Source: an uncultured Planctomycetales bacterium
Lineage (GTDB): Bacteria > Omnitrophota > Gorgyraeia > Zapsychrales > JAHFFX01
NCBI GenBank assembly: GCA_964620805.1
Contig: CAZUJQ010000001.1
Location: forward strand, 7,618 to 71,617
Direction of reading: 5' to 3'
DNA length: 64,000 nt
Positions 18,774 through 27,776 of this stretch are shown piece by piece. The notes beneath the pieces were generated by a model. That model saw nothing but the letters and a program-made list of their open reading frames with translations. It had not been told where the DNA came from and ran no database searches. Both the position numbers and the translations under genes were made by a program. Each line of letters opens with the position of its first letter. Positions within the stretch are counted from its first letter, which is position 1.

Positions 18774-19589
18774 ATGGAAAGACTCATCGCAAGAATATTG
18801 GTATTGATTTTCGGGATTTTCGTTGTCTTGGGTTTCGGGATACGCTTCCGGCAGATTGAGGACGGCCAGGCCGGGGTCAAAGCGGATTTCGGAAAGATCC
18901 AAGAGGAGCCTTTAAGGACCGGCTGGCACTGGTTTTTCCCTATTTTCAGTTGGATTGAGGTTTGGGACATCAAGACCCAGGAGATCAAAGAGACCGCCAA
19001 CGTCCCTTCTTCCGAAGGGCTTATTTCCTCTTTGGATGTCTCTGTCCTGTATAATATCCCGCAGGACAAAGTGGTCTTGGTTAGAAAAACCATCGGCCGC
19101 GGTTATGTTCAGAAGGTCCTGGAACCTTATTTTCGGGAGGCCATTCGCAATATCGCCAGCGGCTATGAGGTCAAGGCCCTTTTTTCGGACAAAGGCAGAA
19201 CGGAAATCGGGCGCCAGATGTTGAATTTCTTAAGAGAAAAATTGGAATCCCGGGGCATCATCATTCAAGATGTCCTTTTGCGGGACGTGCGTTTGCCTCC
19301 GGTCTTCTCGGAAAGTATCCAAACTAAACTGAAAACCGAACAGGAGGCCCTGCAGAAGGAGTTCGAGTTGCAAAAGGCCAAAAAAGACGCCGAGATTGAG
19401 ATCGCGCGCGCCGAGGGGGTCGCCAAAAGCAACAAGATTATCGCTGGAAGCATTGATGAGAATTATCTTCGTTATCTGTGGATTCAGGGTATCCAAAAGA
19501 CGGCCGATACGCAAGTCATCTACGTCCCCACCGAAGGGAATATTCCGCTCATGGAGGCCGGCCGGTTTATGAAGCTGCCGGAGAGATGA
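18774..19589 (+). CDS. SPFH/band-7 (prohibitin/HflC-like) membrane protein
   Basis: N-terminal transmembrane segment, an SPFH core and a coiled-coil region (EQEALQKEFELQKAKKDAEIEIARAEG). Confidence 0.8.
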   Translation: MERLIARILVLIFGIFVVLGFGIRFRQIEDGQAGVKADFGKIQEEPLRTGWHWFFPIFSWIEVWDIKTQEIKETANVPSSEGLISSLDVSVLYNIPQDKVVLVRKTIGRGYVQKVLEPYFREAIRNIASGYEVKALFSDKGRTEIGRQMLNFLREKLESRGIIIQDVLLRDVRLPPVFSESIQTKLKTEQEALQKEFELQKAKKDAEIEIARAEGVAKSNKIIAGSIDENYLRYLWIQGIQKTADTQVIYVPTEGNIPLMEAGRFMKLPER

Positions 19590-19687
19590 CAGTTAAGAGG
19601 TATCGAAATAGCACGATAAAAAGCAATAGATTTTCTAAAGTAAGCGTGTAAAATATACCCCATTAAAACCAGAAAGAATTATTTAAC

Positions 19688-20752
19688 ATGACAAATACGG
19701 TCGTTATTGGCCTCAATCACAAGACTGCCACAATTGAGGTCAGAGAAAAATTTTTCCTGAATCCCACCCAGCAGGATCTCCTCTTGAGTGAGCTCAAAAG
19801 CCATCCCAGCGTTGGGGAGGCCTTTGTCCTTTCCACCTGCAACCGGACCGAGGTGTATCTGCGCGGGCTTAATGTCCATACCCTTTTTGAGCCCTTGCTC
19901 AGGCTGATCGCCCAAATCAAAAAAATCGAATCGCCTCTAGAGTTCAAGGAACACTTCTATGTGTATGAAGGCCAGGAAGCGGTGGGGCATCTTCTACGGG
20001 TCAGCTGTGGATTGGATTCCCTGGCGCTGGGTGAAAAGCAGATCTTAGGGCAGGTGAAGACCGCTGTGGAACGCTCCCGGCAGAAGGCCATGTTTAGCCG
20101 CTATTTTAATATCCTTTCCAACATCGCGATCCGCACCGCCAAAAAGGCGCAGAGCGAAACCCAAATCAGCTGCGGCGGCTCCTCGGTCAGCTGGGCCGCT
20201 ATTGCCTTGGCCGAGAGACTGCTTTCAACCTTGCAAGGGAAATCCATCCTGGTGATCGGCGCCGGGAAAATGGGAGAATTGGCGCTTCAGCAGATTCGCA
20301 CCAAGGGTGTGGACAAAATCTATCTCATGAGCCGGACCGGATCCACCGCGCAAAGCCTTGCCGAAACCTGTGGGGGGATTGCGGTTTCATTTTGTGACAT
20401 CAAGGAGACTTTGGCCGACGTTGATCTTTGCGTGTGCTCGGCCGGGGCCCCGCATTACATTCTGGACAGAAAAACGATCGAGAAGGTTATGGCGCTTCGA
20501 GAAAACCGTAAACTGATCCTGATCGACATCTCCATGCCCCGGAATATCGAGCCTCAGGCAGCGGGGGTGGAGGGGGTTTTCTTGTCTCATCTGGATGATC
20601 TACAGAAGGTCGTCCAGGAAAACAAGACCAAACGCGAGGCCGCCATTCAGGACGTGGAACGCATCATTGAAAATAAATTGGCAGAATTTTATAAAAAGTT
20701 AGAAAAACTGGATCATTGGAACGCGGAAGATTCTTTAGAACTGGTTTCATAA
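19688..20752 (+). CDS. hemA: glutamyl-tRNA reductase
   Basis: 354 aa. LSTCNRTEVY active-site region and a C-terminal NADP Rossmann motif GAGKMGE. Confidence 0.9.
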   Translation: MTNTVVIGLNHKTATIEVREKFFLNPTQQDLLLSELKSHPSVGEAFVLSTCNRTEVYLRGLNVHTLFEPLLRLIAQIKKIESPLEFKEHFYVYEGQEAVGHLLRVSCGLDSLALGEKQILGQVKTAVERSRQKAMFSRYFNILSNIAIRTAKKAQSETQISCGGSSVSWAAIALAERLLSTLQGKSILVIGAGKMGELALQQIRTKGVDKIYLMSRTGSTAQSLAETCGGIAVSFCDIKETLADVDLCVCSAGAPHYILDRKTIEKVMALRENRKLILIDISMPRNIEPQAAGVEGVFLSHLDDLQKVVQENKTKREAAIQDVERIIENKLAEFYKKLEKLDHWNAEDSLELVS

Positions 20753-20766
20753 CCTTTTTTCTCTAA

Positions 20767-20885
20767 GGGAGCCTGGCTGTGTCCCGCGCGCAGTTCCGCA
20801 GCTCCCGAAGGGAGCGAGGATGTTTGCCCGCCGCGGCTTTCGCCTGAAGCGGCGGGCCGGGGAGCACGGGGCACAGCCAGGCTCC
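20767..20885. repeat. Family C palindromic element (copy C1) containing a nested GC hairpin insert
   Basis: Outer arms gggagcctggctgtg / cacagccaggctccc. It is the reverse complement of the copy at 49145..49228, except for an extra internal segment cccgccgcggctttcgcctgaagcggcgggccgggg. Confidence 0.75.
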
Positions 20886-20935
20886 CTTCCTGGGAGGAGG
20901 TTATGAAACGGCTTCTAGAAAAAATGGAGGTGTAG

Positions 20936-21184
20936 ATGAATCCCTATCTTACCGTTGGATTGACGGCTTTGTTTCTCAATATCCCTTTGGGGTATATCCG
21001 CGAAGGGTACCGGAAATTTTCTTTCCTATGGCTTTTCTGGATCCATGCCTCGATTCCCTTGCTGATTTTCCTGCGCATGAAATTAGGAATATCCCCTTGG
21101 TTTATTCCGGTGAGTATTGCACTGGCGGTCGTGGGACAAGTTTTGGGCAGCCGTTATCGCCGGAGAAAAGCCCTGACCTTATGA
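20936..21184 (+). CDS. small hypothetical membrane protein
   Basis: 82 aa with two or three transmembrane helices. Sits between hemA and hemH. Confidence 0.4.
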   Translation: MNPYLTVGLTALFLNIPLGYIREGYRKFSFLWLFWIHASIPLLIFLRMKLGISPWFIPVSIALAVVGQVLGSRYRRRKALTL

Positions 21185-21195
21185 AAGAGACGGCG

Positions 21196-21410
21196 AAGAA
21201 ATGGGTCACACCCCATTTTAATAAGGAGCTTGAGTTTGGCACTTTTTCGGGCTTTTGGGCCGTATTTTCAGGTAGTTCTCGTCGAGAAAGCAATTTTGTG
21301 GTATCGAAAACCTGTTTTTGCGATCCGAGAGACTTTTCCGACGACAAATTCGAAAATTTGCCAAACTCAAGTAAGGAGATTAAAAGAAAAATGGGGTGTG
21401 ACCCCAAATC
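21196..21410. mobile_element. Family D element, long copy (D2): terminal inverted repeats AAATGGGTCACACCCCATTTT / AAAATGGGGTGTGACCCCAAA enclosing nested inverted repeats and a ~190-bp interior; MITE-like
   Basis: Second-layer inverted repeats gcttgagtttggca / tgccaaactcaag sit just inside the termini. The right end supplies AAGGAG plus ATG, in frame with hemH. Confidence 0.55.
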
Positions 21411-22386
21411 GATCGATGATCATCAAGTGATGGTTGTGCTCCTCAACATGGGAGGGCCTCAGAATACCCAAGAGGTGGCCGGCTTCTTGAAGCGCTTGTT
21501 TTCCGATCGCCTCATCATCCGGTTTCCGTTATCCTTTCTTTTGCAGCCGGTCTTCGCTAATCTTATGGTTTTCTTCCGGGGCAAAGACTCCGAGCGGCGT
21601 TACGGCTTGATCGGCGGAGGAAGCCCGATTTTGCCCTCCACGCTCAACCAGGCTCAGGCCCTCGAGCAAGAATTAAACAAAAGAGGAAGAGACCTGGCGG
21701 TTGTGATCTGTTTTAATTACAGCCCGCCTTTTCCCGAACAGACCGTTGCCGAGATCAAAAAGTCCGGCAAGACGCATGTCTTGCCGCTCAGTCTCTATCC
21801 CCATTATTCCAAAGCCACGACCGGCTCTAGTCTTTATCATTTAAAGAAGGCGGCCGAGAAGGATTGCCCGGAAGTCACGTTCCTGGAGACCCCCTCGTAC
21901 CACCTCGCTGATCCTTACATCGAAGCGTTGGTTGAACGGATCCACCAACAGCTTAAGCCCCATGAGGTCCTGGAGGATTTTTATCTTTTATTCACGGCCC
22001 ATGGCCTGCCGCTATATTTCCTGATGGAAGGGGACCCTTATCCTTTTGAGATCAATCAGACCGTGGTCAAGATACTGGATCGGCTGGGCCGCACAGACGA
22101 ATGGGCGATTTCGTATCAGAGCGCGGTGGGCCCGATGCGCTGGCTGGAGCCCACAACTAAAACGATGATCCACGCCTTGGCCACGCGAGGAGTTAAAAAG
22201 CTCATCGCGGTTCCCATTTCCTTTGTCACGGATCATATCGAGACGCTCTGTGAGATCGATATGGAATACCGGGCCCTAGCGGAGGGTTTAGGGATAGAGG
22301 ATTTCCGGATGAGCCGGGCCCTGGAATGTCATCCGGCATTTATCGAGGCTTTGGCCGATTGTGTGGAGGGTTTGTTGAAACATTAA
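21392..22386 (+). CDS. hemH: ferrochelatase
   Basis: The VLLNMGGPQ N-terminal motif and C-terminal His/Glu active-site region are typical of HemH. The start is ambiguous between ATG 21392 and ATG 21431. The listed ORF start at 21028 is an upstream extension. Confidence 0.85.
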
Positions 22387-22464
22387 CCTATTATCTGAAA
22401 AACCCAATCTCCACTTTGGTGCTGGATACTGGATTCTTGATGCTAGATAGAAAGGAGAACGCCA

Positions 22465-22784
22465 TGTCTTGGTTTAAGATTGTCCTTTTGATTTATGGTT
22501 TGCTCATGCTGGTCGGCGGATACATGGGTTGGGCCAAGGCTGCCAGCAAGGCCTCTTTAATTGCCGGTGTGCTTTCTTCTGTCCTTATATTTCTTGGTAC
22601 TTATCTTTTAGGGATCAACGCCAAGGTCGGTCAGATTGTGGTGACCGTGGTTAGCGGGCTTTTGTCGTTGATTTTTGTAATGCGGTTTCTCAAAACCCAG
22701 GCCTTTATGCCCGCGGGTCTGCTGCTTTTGCTCAGTGTGGCGGTTTTTGCGTTGTGCTTGAGTCAGGTTTTACGAAAAGTCTAA
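22465..22784 (+). CDS. small membrane protein, TMEM14/UPF0136-like
   Basis: About 106 aa with four predicted transmembrane helices. RBS aaggagaa upstream. The listed ORF start at 22326 is an extension. Confidence 0.45.
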
Positions 22785-22806
22785 AAAAATCGAAAGGGAG
22801 GAGATT

Positions 22807-23205
22807 ATGCGTCAAGAAGCCAAAAGGTGGCTCCATCAAGCACAGGCGGATCTAGAGGCGGCAGAAGATAGCCTGGAAGATGGCCATTACGAATGGAGCT
22901 GTTTTCAGGCTCAACAGAGCGCTGAAAAATCTCTCAAGGCTTATCTTTACAATCTAGGATATACGTCACTTATGAGTCACTCGATAAAAATGTTGGTAAA
23001 AGAGGCTATTCATAAGCAAAAGGGGTTTGCGCAATGCGAAGAGGCCTCACGGGCCCTGGATAATTACTATATCCCCACGAGGTATCCTAATGGTCTAGAT
23101 CAAGATAAAGCTCCTGCAGAGTACTACGATGTGGAGGATGCCAAAACATGCTTAAAGTATGCAACATTGATATTGAACACCGTGAAGAAGTATATAAAAG
23201 ATTAA
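22807..23205 (+). CDS. HEPN domain protein (toxin-like partner of adjacent MNT)
   Basis: 132 aa. An Rx4-6H-like motif region and an alpha-helical HEPN pattern. RBS ggagg upstream. Confidence 0.6.
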   Translation: MRQEAKRWLHQAQADLEAAEDSLEDGHYEWSCFQAQQSAEKSLKAYLYNLGYTSLMSHSIKMLVKEAIHKQKGFAQCEEASRALDNYYIPTRYPNGLDQDKAPAEYYDVEDAKTCLKYATLILNTVKKYIKD

Positions 23206-23477
23206 GGCAGTTTGTCCGGAGACTCCGTAAGAAGTTCTCCATCCAGGAAATCTATCTTTTCGGTTCCGCTGCGAGAGGAGAGCTTCACGAAGGAAGCGAT
23301 CTCGACGTCTTGATTGTTGGAGATTTTAAAGGAAGGATATTCGATCGCATAGGGGAAGTCCTTAAGCTTACAGATTTGCCCATAGAACCGCTGGTTTATA
23401 CACCAAAGGAGTTTGAAAGGCTGAGGTCCCAGAATGCGTTTATTAAAAATATTTTTAGAACAGGGAAAAAACTTTAG
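23148..23477 (+). CDS. minimal nucleotidyltransferase (MNT) domain protein
   Basis: LFGSAARGELHEGSDLDVLIV matches the GSx9-13DxD NTase signature. Its start overlaps the 3' end of the HEPN gene. Confidence 0.7.
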   Translation: MLKVCNIDIEHREEVYKRLRQFVRRLRKKFSIQEIYLFGSAARGELHEGSDLDVLIVGDFKGRIFDRIGEVLKLTDLPIEPLVYTPKEFERLRSQNAFIKNIFRTGKKL

Positions 23478-24407
23478 GTGTGTCCCATGGCAGCTTATGT
23501 CCCCCACAGTGAAGAGAAATCCGAAAAGTCCGTTATCGGCGTCATTGTCCATTCCTTTTTTGTGATTCCCTTCTTGATCGCGGTCTTCAGCGTGCTTTTG
23601 TTTGCCGGTGTCCGCATCCTGACCATGGAGCAAAAAACCGCCTATGACCTCTTAAACGACGTCAAGATCGGCAGCCTCACCAAACGCTGGCAATCGGCCT
23701 TTGAGCTCTCCAAGATTTTGGCCAATCCTGCCTTCAACCTTAAGGAAGAGCGGTTTGATGCCGAGCTGATCAGTGCCTTTGAGCAATCCCAACACGATGA
23801 TGACCGTGTCCGTCAGTATCTCGCCCTGGCCATGGGCCGAAGCGGCAAGGATAAATTTGTGGACGTGCTTTTGAGCGCTCTGCAAAAGGAAAAAGAAGAG
23901 AATCTTTACGCCCTGATTTATGCCCTAGGAATTTTGAAGTCGCCGAAAGCTGTGGCCGGCATTTCCGGATATTTGGAGCATCCCAATCCCCAGGTCCGTT
24001 TGGTTGTGGCCATGGCCTTGGGCAATATCGAAGATCCGGCCGCGGTTCCTTTGTTGAAAAAAACATTGAACGATTCCGAGCCCAATGTACAATGGGACAC
24101 AGCCATTTCCCTGGCAAAGCTGGGAGATGACTCCGGCCGGGCCATCCTCTTAAATTTACTCAATCGGAATTATCTGGCAAAATTTCCTGAAGTGGATCTC
24201 GAGGAACAGACGCATGTTCTTTTGGTGACGATTGAGGCGGCCGGCCGCTTGGATGATCCCAATCTCAATCAAGCGATCGCCACTCTGGCCCAATCGGACC
24301 AGAACATGAATGTGCGGAAATTGGCGATGGAAATTTCGCAAGGAAGTAGCAAGAAAGTAGAGAGTAGCAAGGAGAGAGTAGAGAGTAATACATGGAAAGG
24401 GGATTAA
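23478..24407 (+). CDS. membrane-anchored HEAT-repeat (PBS-lyase-type) protein
   Basis: An N-terminal transmembrane helix followed by repeated LxxALxDxxxxVRxxAAxALGxIG-like units. Starts at the base directly after the MNT stop. Confidence 0.6.
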   Translation: MCPMAAYVPHSEEKSEKSVIGVIVHSFFVIPFLIAVFSVLLFAGVRILTMEQKTAYDLLNDVKIGSLTKRWQSAFELSKILANPAFNLKEERFDAELISAFEQSQHDDDRVRQYLALAMGRSGKDKFVDVLLSALQKEKEENLYALIYALGILKSPKAVAGISGYLEHPNPQVRLVVAMALGNIEDPAAVPLLKKTLNDSEPNVQWDTAISLAKLGDDSGRAILLNLLNRNYLAKFPEVDLEEQTHVLLVTIEAAGRLDDPNLNQAIATLAQSDQNMNVRKLAMEISQGSSKKVESSKERVESNTWKGD

Positions 24408-24494
24408 AATATTTGATGGTCGAAACTCCCCAAGGGTTCAAATATTTCAAAACCAGGAGTAGACTTCATTACTCCCTACTTTCTACTCTCTACT
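24345..24494. repeat. imperfect inverted repeat of agtagagag units spanning the 3' end of the HEAT-repeat gene
   Basis: Left arm agtagcaaggagagagtagagagtaat. Right arm attactccctactttctactctctact. Confidence 0.5.
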
Positions 24495-24512
24495 AAGATA
24501 AACTGGAGAAAC

Positions 24513-25112
24513 ATGAATTCCGAACAAACCCAGGCCCAGAAACCTCAACTCCCTGCAGGAACTCCAGCGCTGCCTGCTCAAAGTCCGACGTTAAATAAGC
24601 CTGAAGGAGCTGCCAATCTGACCGAGCCCATCGACCGCCGGACCTTTATCAAATGGTCGGCCTTGGGCTGGACGGCGTTTGCCGCGGTGGTGGGTGGCTA
24701 TGCGACCGCGGCGATGCGGTTTATGTTTCCCAACGTCTTGTTTGAGCCGGTCCAATCGTTCCGGGCCGGCTTTCCGGATGAATATACGGTGGGAGAGGTC
24801 TCTGAGCGCTGGAAGAACAAATACGGGGTCTGGATCGTCCGGGAGACCGATAAGGTTTACGCGTTATCCACTGTCTGCACCCATCTGGGCTGCACGCCCA
24901 ATTGGCTGGCCAATGATAATAAGTTCAAATGCCCCTGTCATGGGAGCGGATTTTATAAAACCGGGATCAATTTTGAAGGCCCGGCGCCCCGGCCTCTGGA
25001 GCGTTTTAAGATCACCCTGGCGGACGACGGCCAAATCGTGGTGGACAAGACCAGAAAGTTCCAGCAGGAAAAAGGCGAGTGGAGCGATCCGGAGTCGTTT
25101 TTGGTGGTGTGA
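24513..25112 (+). CDS. Rieske [2Fe-2S] subunit of a cytochrome bc-type complex
   Basis: Twin-arginine signal RRTFIKW. CTHLGC and CPCHGS cluster-binding boxes. Confidence 0.85.
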   Translation: MNSEQTQAQKPQLPAGTPALPAQSPTLNKPEGAANLTEPIDRRTFIKWSALGWTAFAAVVGGYATAAMRFMFPNVLFEPVQSFRAGFPDEYTVGEVSERWKNKYGVWIVRETDKVYALSTVCTHLGCTPNWLANDNKFKCPCHGSGFYKTGINFEGPAPRPLERFKITLADDGQIVVDKTRKFQQEKGEWSDPESFLVV

Positions 25113-25224
25113 CCTACTCAAGCCGCGTTGGGTGAGGGTCAATTTCCCAGCCGGCTGGGATTTCTTGTTGGTGACCTCCCCACCCGCGTAGGGTGAATGA
25201 GGTAGAGGCAGGGAGATAAAATCA

Positions 25225-26769
25225 ATGCGAAACCCACTGCTCATTTTCGCTTCTCTTGTGACAGCCAACCTGATATCCATTCCCTTGGCTTTTACCGAGA
25301 CTTTATTCGATCTCATGAATAAGAACCCCGACATCCAGGAAATTCAGACCTTCATCACTCAACATCCTCAAAGTCTCCGCGAGCAAGATGACGAAGGGAA
25401 ATTCCTGATTCATCGGGCGGTTGAGCAATGCTCCATCCCTATCCTTATGGTCCTTTTAGAGGCTGGGGCCGATATTCAAGCGGAAGATCCCCCAAAATAT
25501 ATTCCCACCCCGCTTCATCTGGCCGTGCGAAGTTGCGATAAAGCGGTGGTGGAGTTTTTACTGGATCGGGGAGCGGACGTAAATGCCAAAACCGACCATG
25601 ATCTTTACACACCGTTACACTTTGCAGTGGCCAAGCCAAATAATCGAGAGATCATTGCCGTACTTTTAAAGAAAGGCGCGGATATCAACGCCAAGACAAC
25701 GCTCACGGAGACAACGCCGTTAAGCCGTGCCGTTGAACTTGGCGATCTCGAGACAGTCCAGTTTCTTATTGCCCAAGGCGCGGATGTCAATCTTAAACAC
25801 GAATACGGGCATCCGATCCTTTACATAGCTGTAGAGGCCGGAAACAGAGAGATCGTGGAATTTTTAGTTGCTAAGGGAGCGGATATTGATGACGGATACC
25901 CCTTGATGGCGGCAGTCCAGAGAGATAACAAAGATTTAGCAGAATACCTTTTGAATAAGGGAGAGAAAGTCGATGGAGAAAAACCGGGCGGTTATACGGC
26001 ATTAATGGCTGCTGGCGGCACGGAGGATATCGATCTTGCAATGCTTCTTATTAAGAAAGGAGCGAATGTCAATGCCAGGACCGACAGCGGTTGGACCCCA
26101 CTGCACTTTGTTGCTTCCACGGGAAATACAAGGACGGCTCAACTCTTGATTGAACGGGGGGCTTTAGTCAACGAAAAAGACATGAATGGCCAGACTCCGG
26201 CCTCGCTGGCCATGTGGGCTGGGCAAAAGAATTTACTGGAATTTTTCATCAATCACGGCGCCGAGGTCGGTGCCTTGGAATTGGTGGCTTTAGGGCGTGT
26301 GGAAGAATTAAAGAATCATCCTCAACTGGCGGAGCTTCTTCGCTATCACGATGCCCTTTCCCAAACGGCGTTGCATTTAGCCGCCATGCACGGCCAGGTC
26401 GAGGTGATAGAATTTCTTCTGGAACAAGGGGTGGCAGTTAATGCCGCAAACGGCATAGGGGAAACACCCCTGCATATGGCCGTGCAGCAAGGGCACCGTG
26501 AGGCTGCGGCATTTTTGATAGATCATGGCGCCAATGTCAACGCCCAGCGTATACAAGATCTTTATGGGGAAGGAGGCCAGACCCCTTTGCATCTGGCGGT
26601 CAAGAAGGGCGATTCTGCTATGGTAGAGATTCTGATGAACAAAGGAGCGGATGCTGAGATTAAGGATCAGTTTGGCGAGACGCCTCGTCAACTGGCGCAA
26701 AGGAAAAAAGACGAGAAGCTATTGAGAGTTTTGGAAGAAGCGAAACCAATAAAAAAACAGAATCCATAA
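25225..26769 (+). CDS. secreted ankyrin-repeat protein (~14 repeats)
   Basis: A signal peptide followed by repeated TPLHxAVxxGxxEVVxxLLxxGADVNA units. Confidence 0.8.
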   Translation: MRNPLLIFASLVTANLISIPLAFTETLFDLMNKNPDIQEIQTFITQHPQSLREQDDEGKFLIHRAVEQCSIPILMVLLEAGADIQAEDPPKYIPTPLHLAVRSCDKAVVEFLLDRGADVNAKTDHDLYTPLHFAVAKPNNREIIAVLLKKGADINAKTTLTETTPLSRAVELGDLETVQFLIAQGADVNLKHEYGHPILYIAVEAGNREIVEFLVAKGADIDDGYPLMAAVQRDNKDLAEYLLNKGEKVDGEKPGGYTALMAAGGTEDIDLAMLLIKKGANVNARTDSGWTPLHFVASTGNTRTAQLLIERGALVNEKDMNGQTPASLAMWAGQKNLLEFFINHGAEVGALELVALGRVEELKNHPQLAELLRYHDALSQTALHLAAMHGQVEVIEFLLEQGVAVNAANGIGETPLHMAVQQGHREAAAFLIDHGANVNAQRIQDLYGEGGQTPLHLAVKKGDSAMVEILMNKGADAEIKDQFGETPRQLAQRKKDEKLLRVLEEAKPIKKQNP

Positions 26770-26827
26770 GAAATCACATCCAAATCAGCAGTTAGAAATG
26801 ATCAATAACTAAAAGTCGGAGGAATTC

Positions 26828-27628
26828 ATGGCCGAAGACCAGCCCCAGCAAAAAAAGAGCCTCTACGAACGGCTGCAGGAGATGCCGGTCTGGAAATCGA
26901 TTTTTCGCACCGGCCTGCCCACGACCCGCCGGCAGCGGATGATGATCGTTTTAAACAATGTTTTTCTGCACCTTCATCCCGTGAGGCTGCCCAAACACGC
27001 CGTGAAGATCAAATACACCTGGTGCATGGGCGGGCTTTCCTTTTTCGTGTTTCTGGTTTTGACCGTGACCGGGATTCTTTTGATGTTTTATTACCGTCCG
27101 ACCGTGGAGTACGCCTACGGAGACATCATGGACTTAAGAGAGCAGGTACCTTTGGGAATCATGCGGGAGATCCACCGCTGGGGCGCGCACCTCATGGTCA
27201 TTACGGTATGGCTGCATATGTTCCGGGTTTTTATGACCGGCTCCTACAAACCCCCCCGCGAATTCAATTGGACCGTGGGGGTTGTGCTTTTGGTTTTGAC
27301 CATGCTTTTGAGTTTTACCGGATATCTTTTGCCCTGGGATCAGCTTGCCATCTGGGCGATCACCGTGGGATCCAACATGGCGGGCGCAACGCCCTTCTTA
27401 GGCGCCTCGGGCCCGGGTTCCGCGCTCCTTGCGATTGGCGATATCAATTTTATTCACTCCGGAAGCGATGCCCGGTTTGCGCTTTTGGGCGGGCGCTTTG
27501 TGGGGGAGGGTGCGCTTCTTCGTTTTTACGTCCTGCATTGCATCGGACTGCCTTTTATCATCATGATTTTCATGATCGTGCATTTTTGGAGAGTTCGTAA
27601 AGATGGAGGGATATCAGGACCTACTTAA
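26828..27628 (+). CDS. cytochrome b, N-terminal (b6-like) subunit of split cytochrome b
   Basis: Four-helix core with conserved haem-ligand histidines ([20 protein letters not shown]). 266 aa. Confidence 0.85.
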   Translation: MAEDQPQQKKSLYERLQEMPVWKSIFRTGLPTTRRQRMMIVLNNVFLHLHPVRLPKHAVKIKYTWCMGGLSFFVFLVLTVTGILLMFYYRPTVEYAYGDIMDLREQVPLGIMREIHRWGAHLMVITVWLHMFRVFMTGSYKPPREFNWTVGVVLLVLTMLLSFTGYLLPWDQLAIWAITVGSNMAGATPFLGASGPGSALLAIGDINFIHSGSDARFALLGGRFVGEGALLRFYVLHCIGLPFIIMIFMIVHFWRVRKDGGISGPT

Positions 27629-27768
27629 TTTCCAATGACCAATTTCCAATGATCAAACAATTTCCAAATTCCAATACCCAAATCCAAGACGATAACTCTT
27701 TTGGTCATTGGGATTTTGTTATTGAATATTGTTTGGGATTGGGAAATTGGGATTTGGAATTTTATGAC
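27629..27768. repeat. Family A CCAAT/ATTGG long palindrome (copy A2)
   Basis: Same architecture as A1. Lies between the two cytochrome b halves. Confidence 0.7.
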
Positions 27769-27776
27769 TAATTCCC

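Noticed and set aside
21028-21391. 5' extension of the hemH ORF to a start at 21028
   Set aside because: The extension overlaps the small membrane gene in another frame and runs through the Family D element. VLLNMGGP marks the true ferrochelatase N-terminus.
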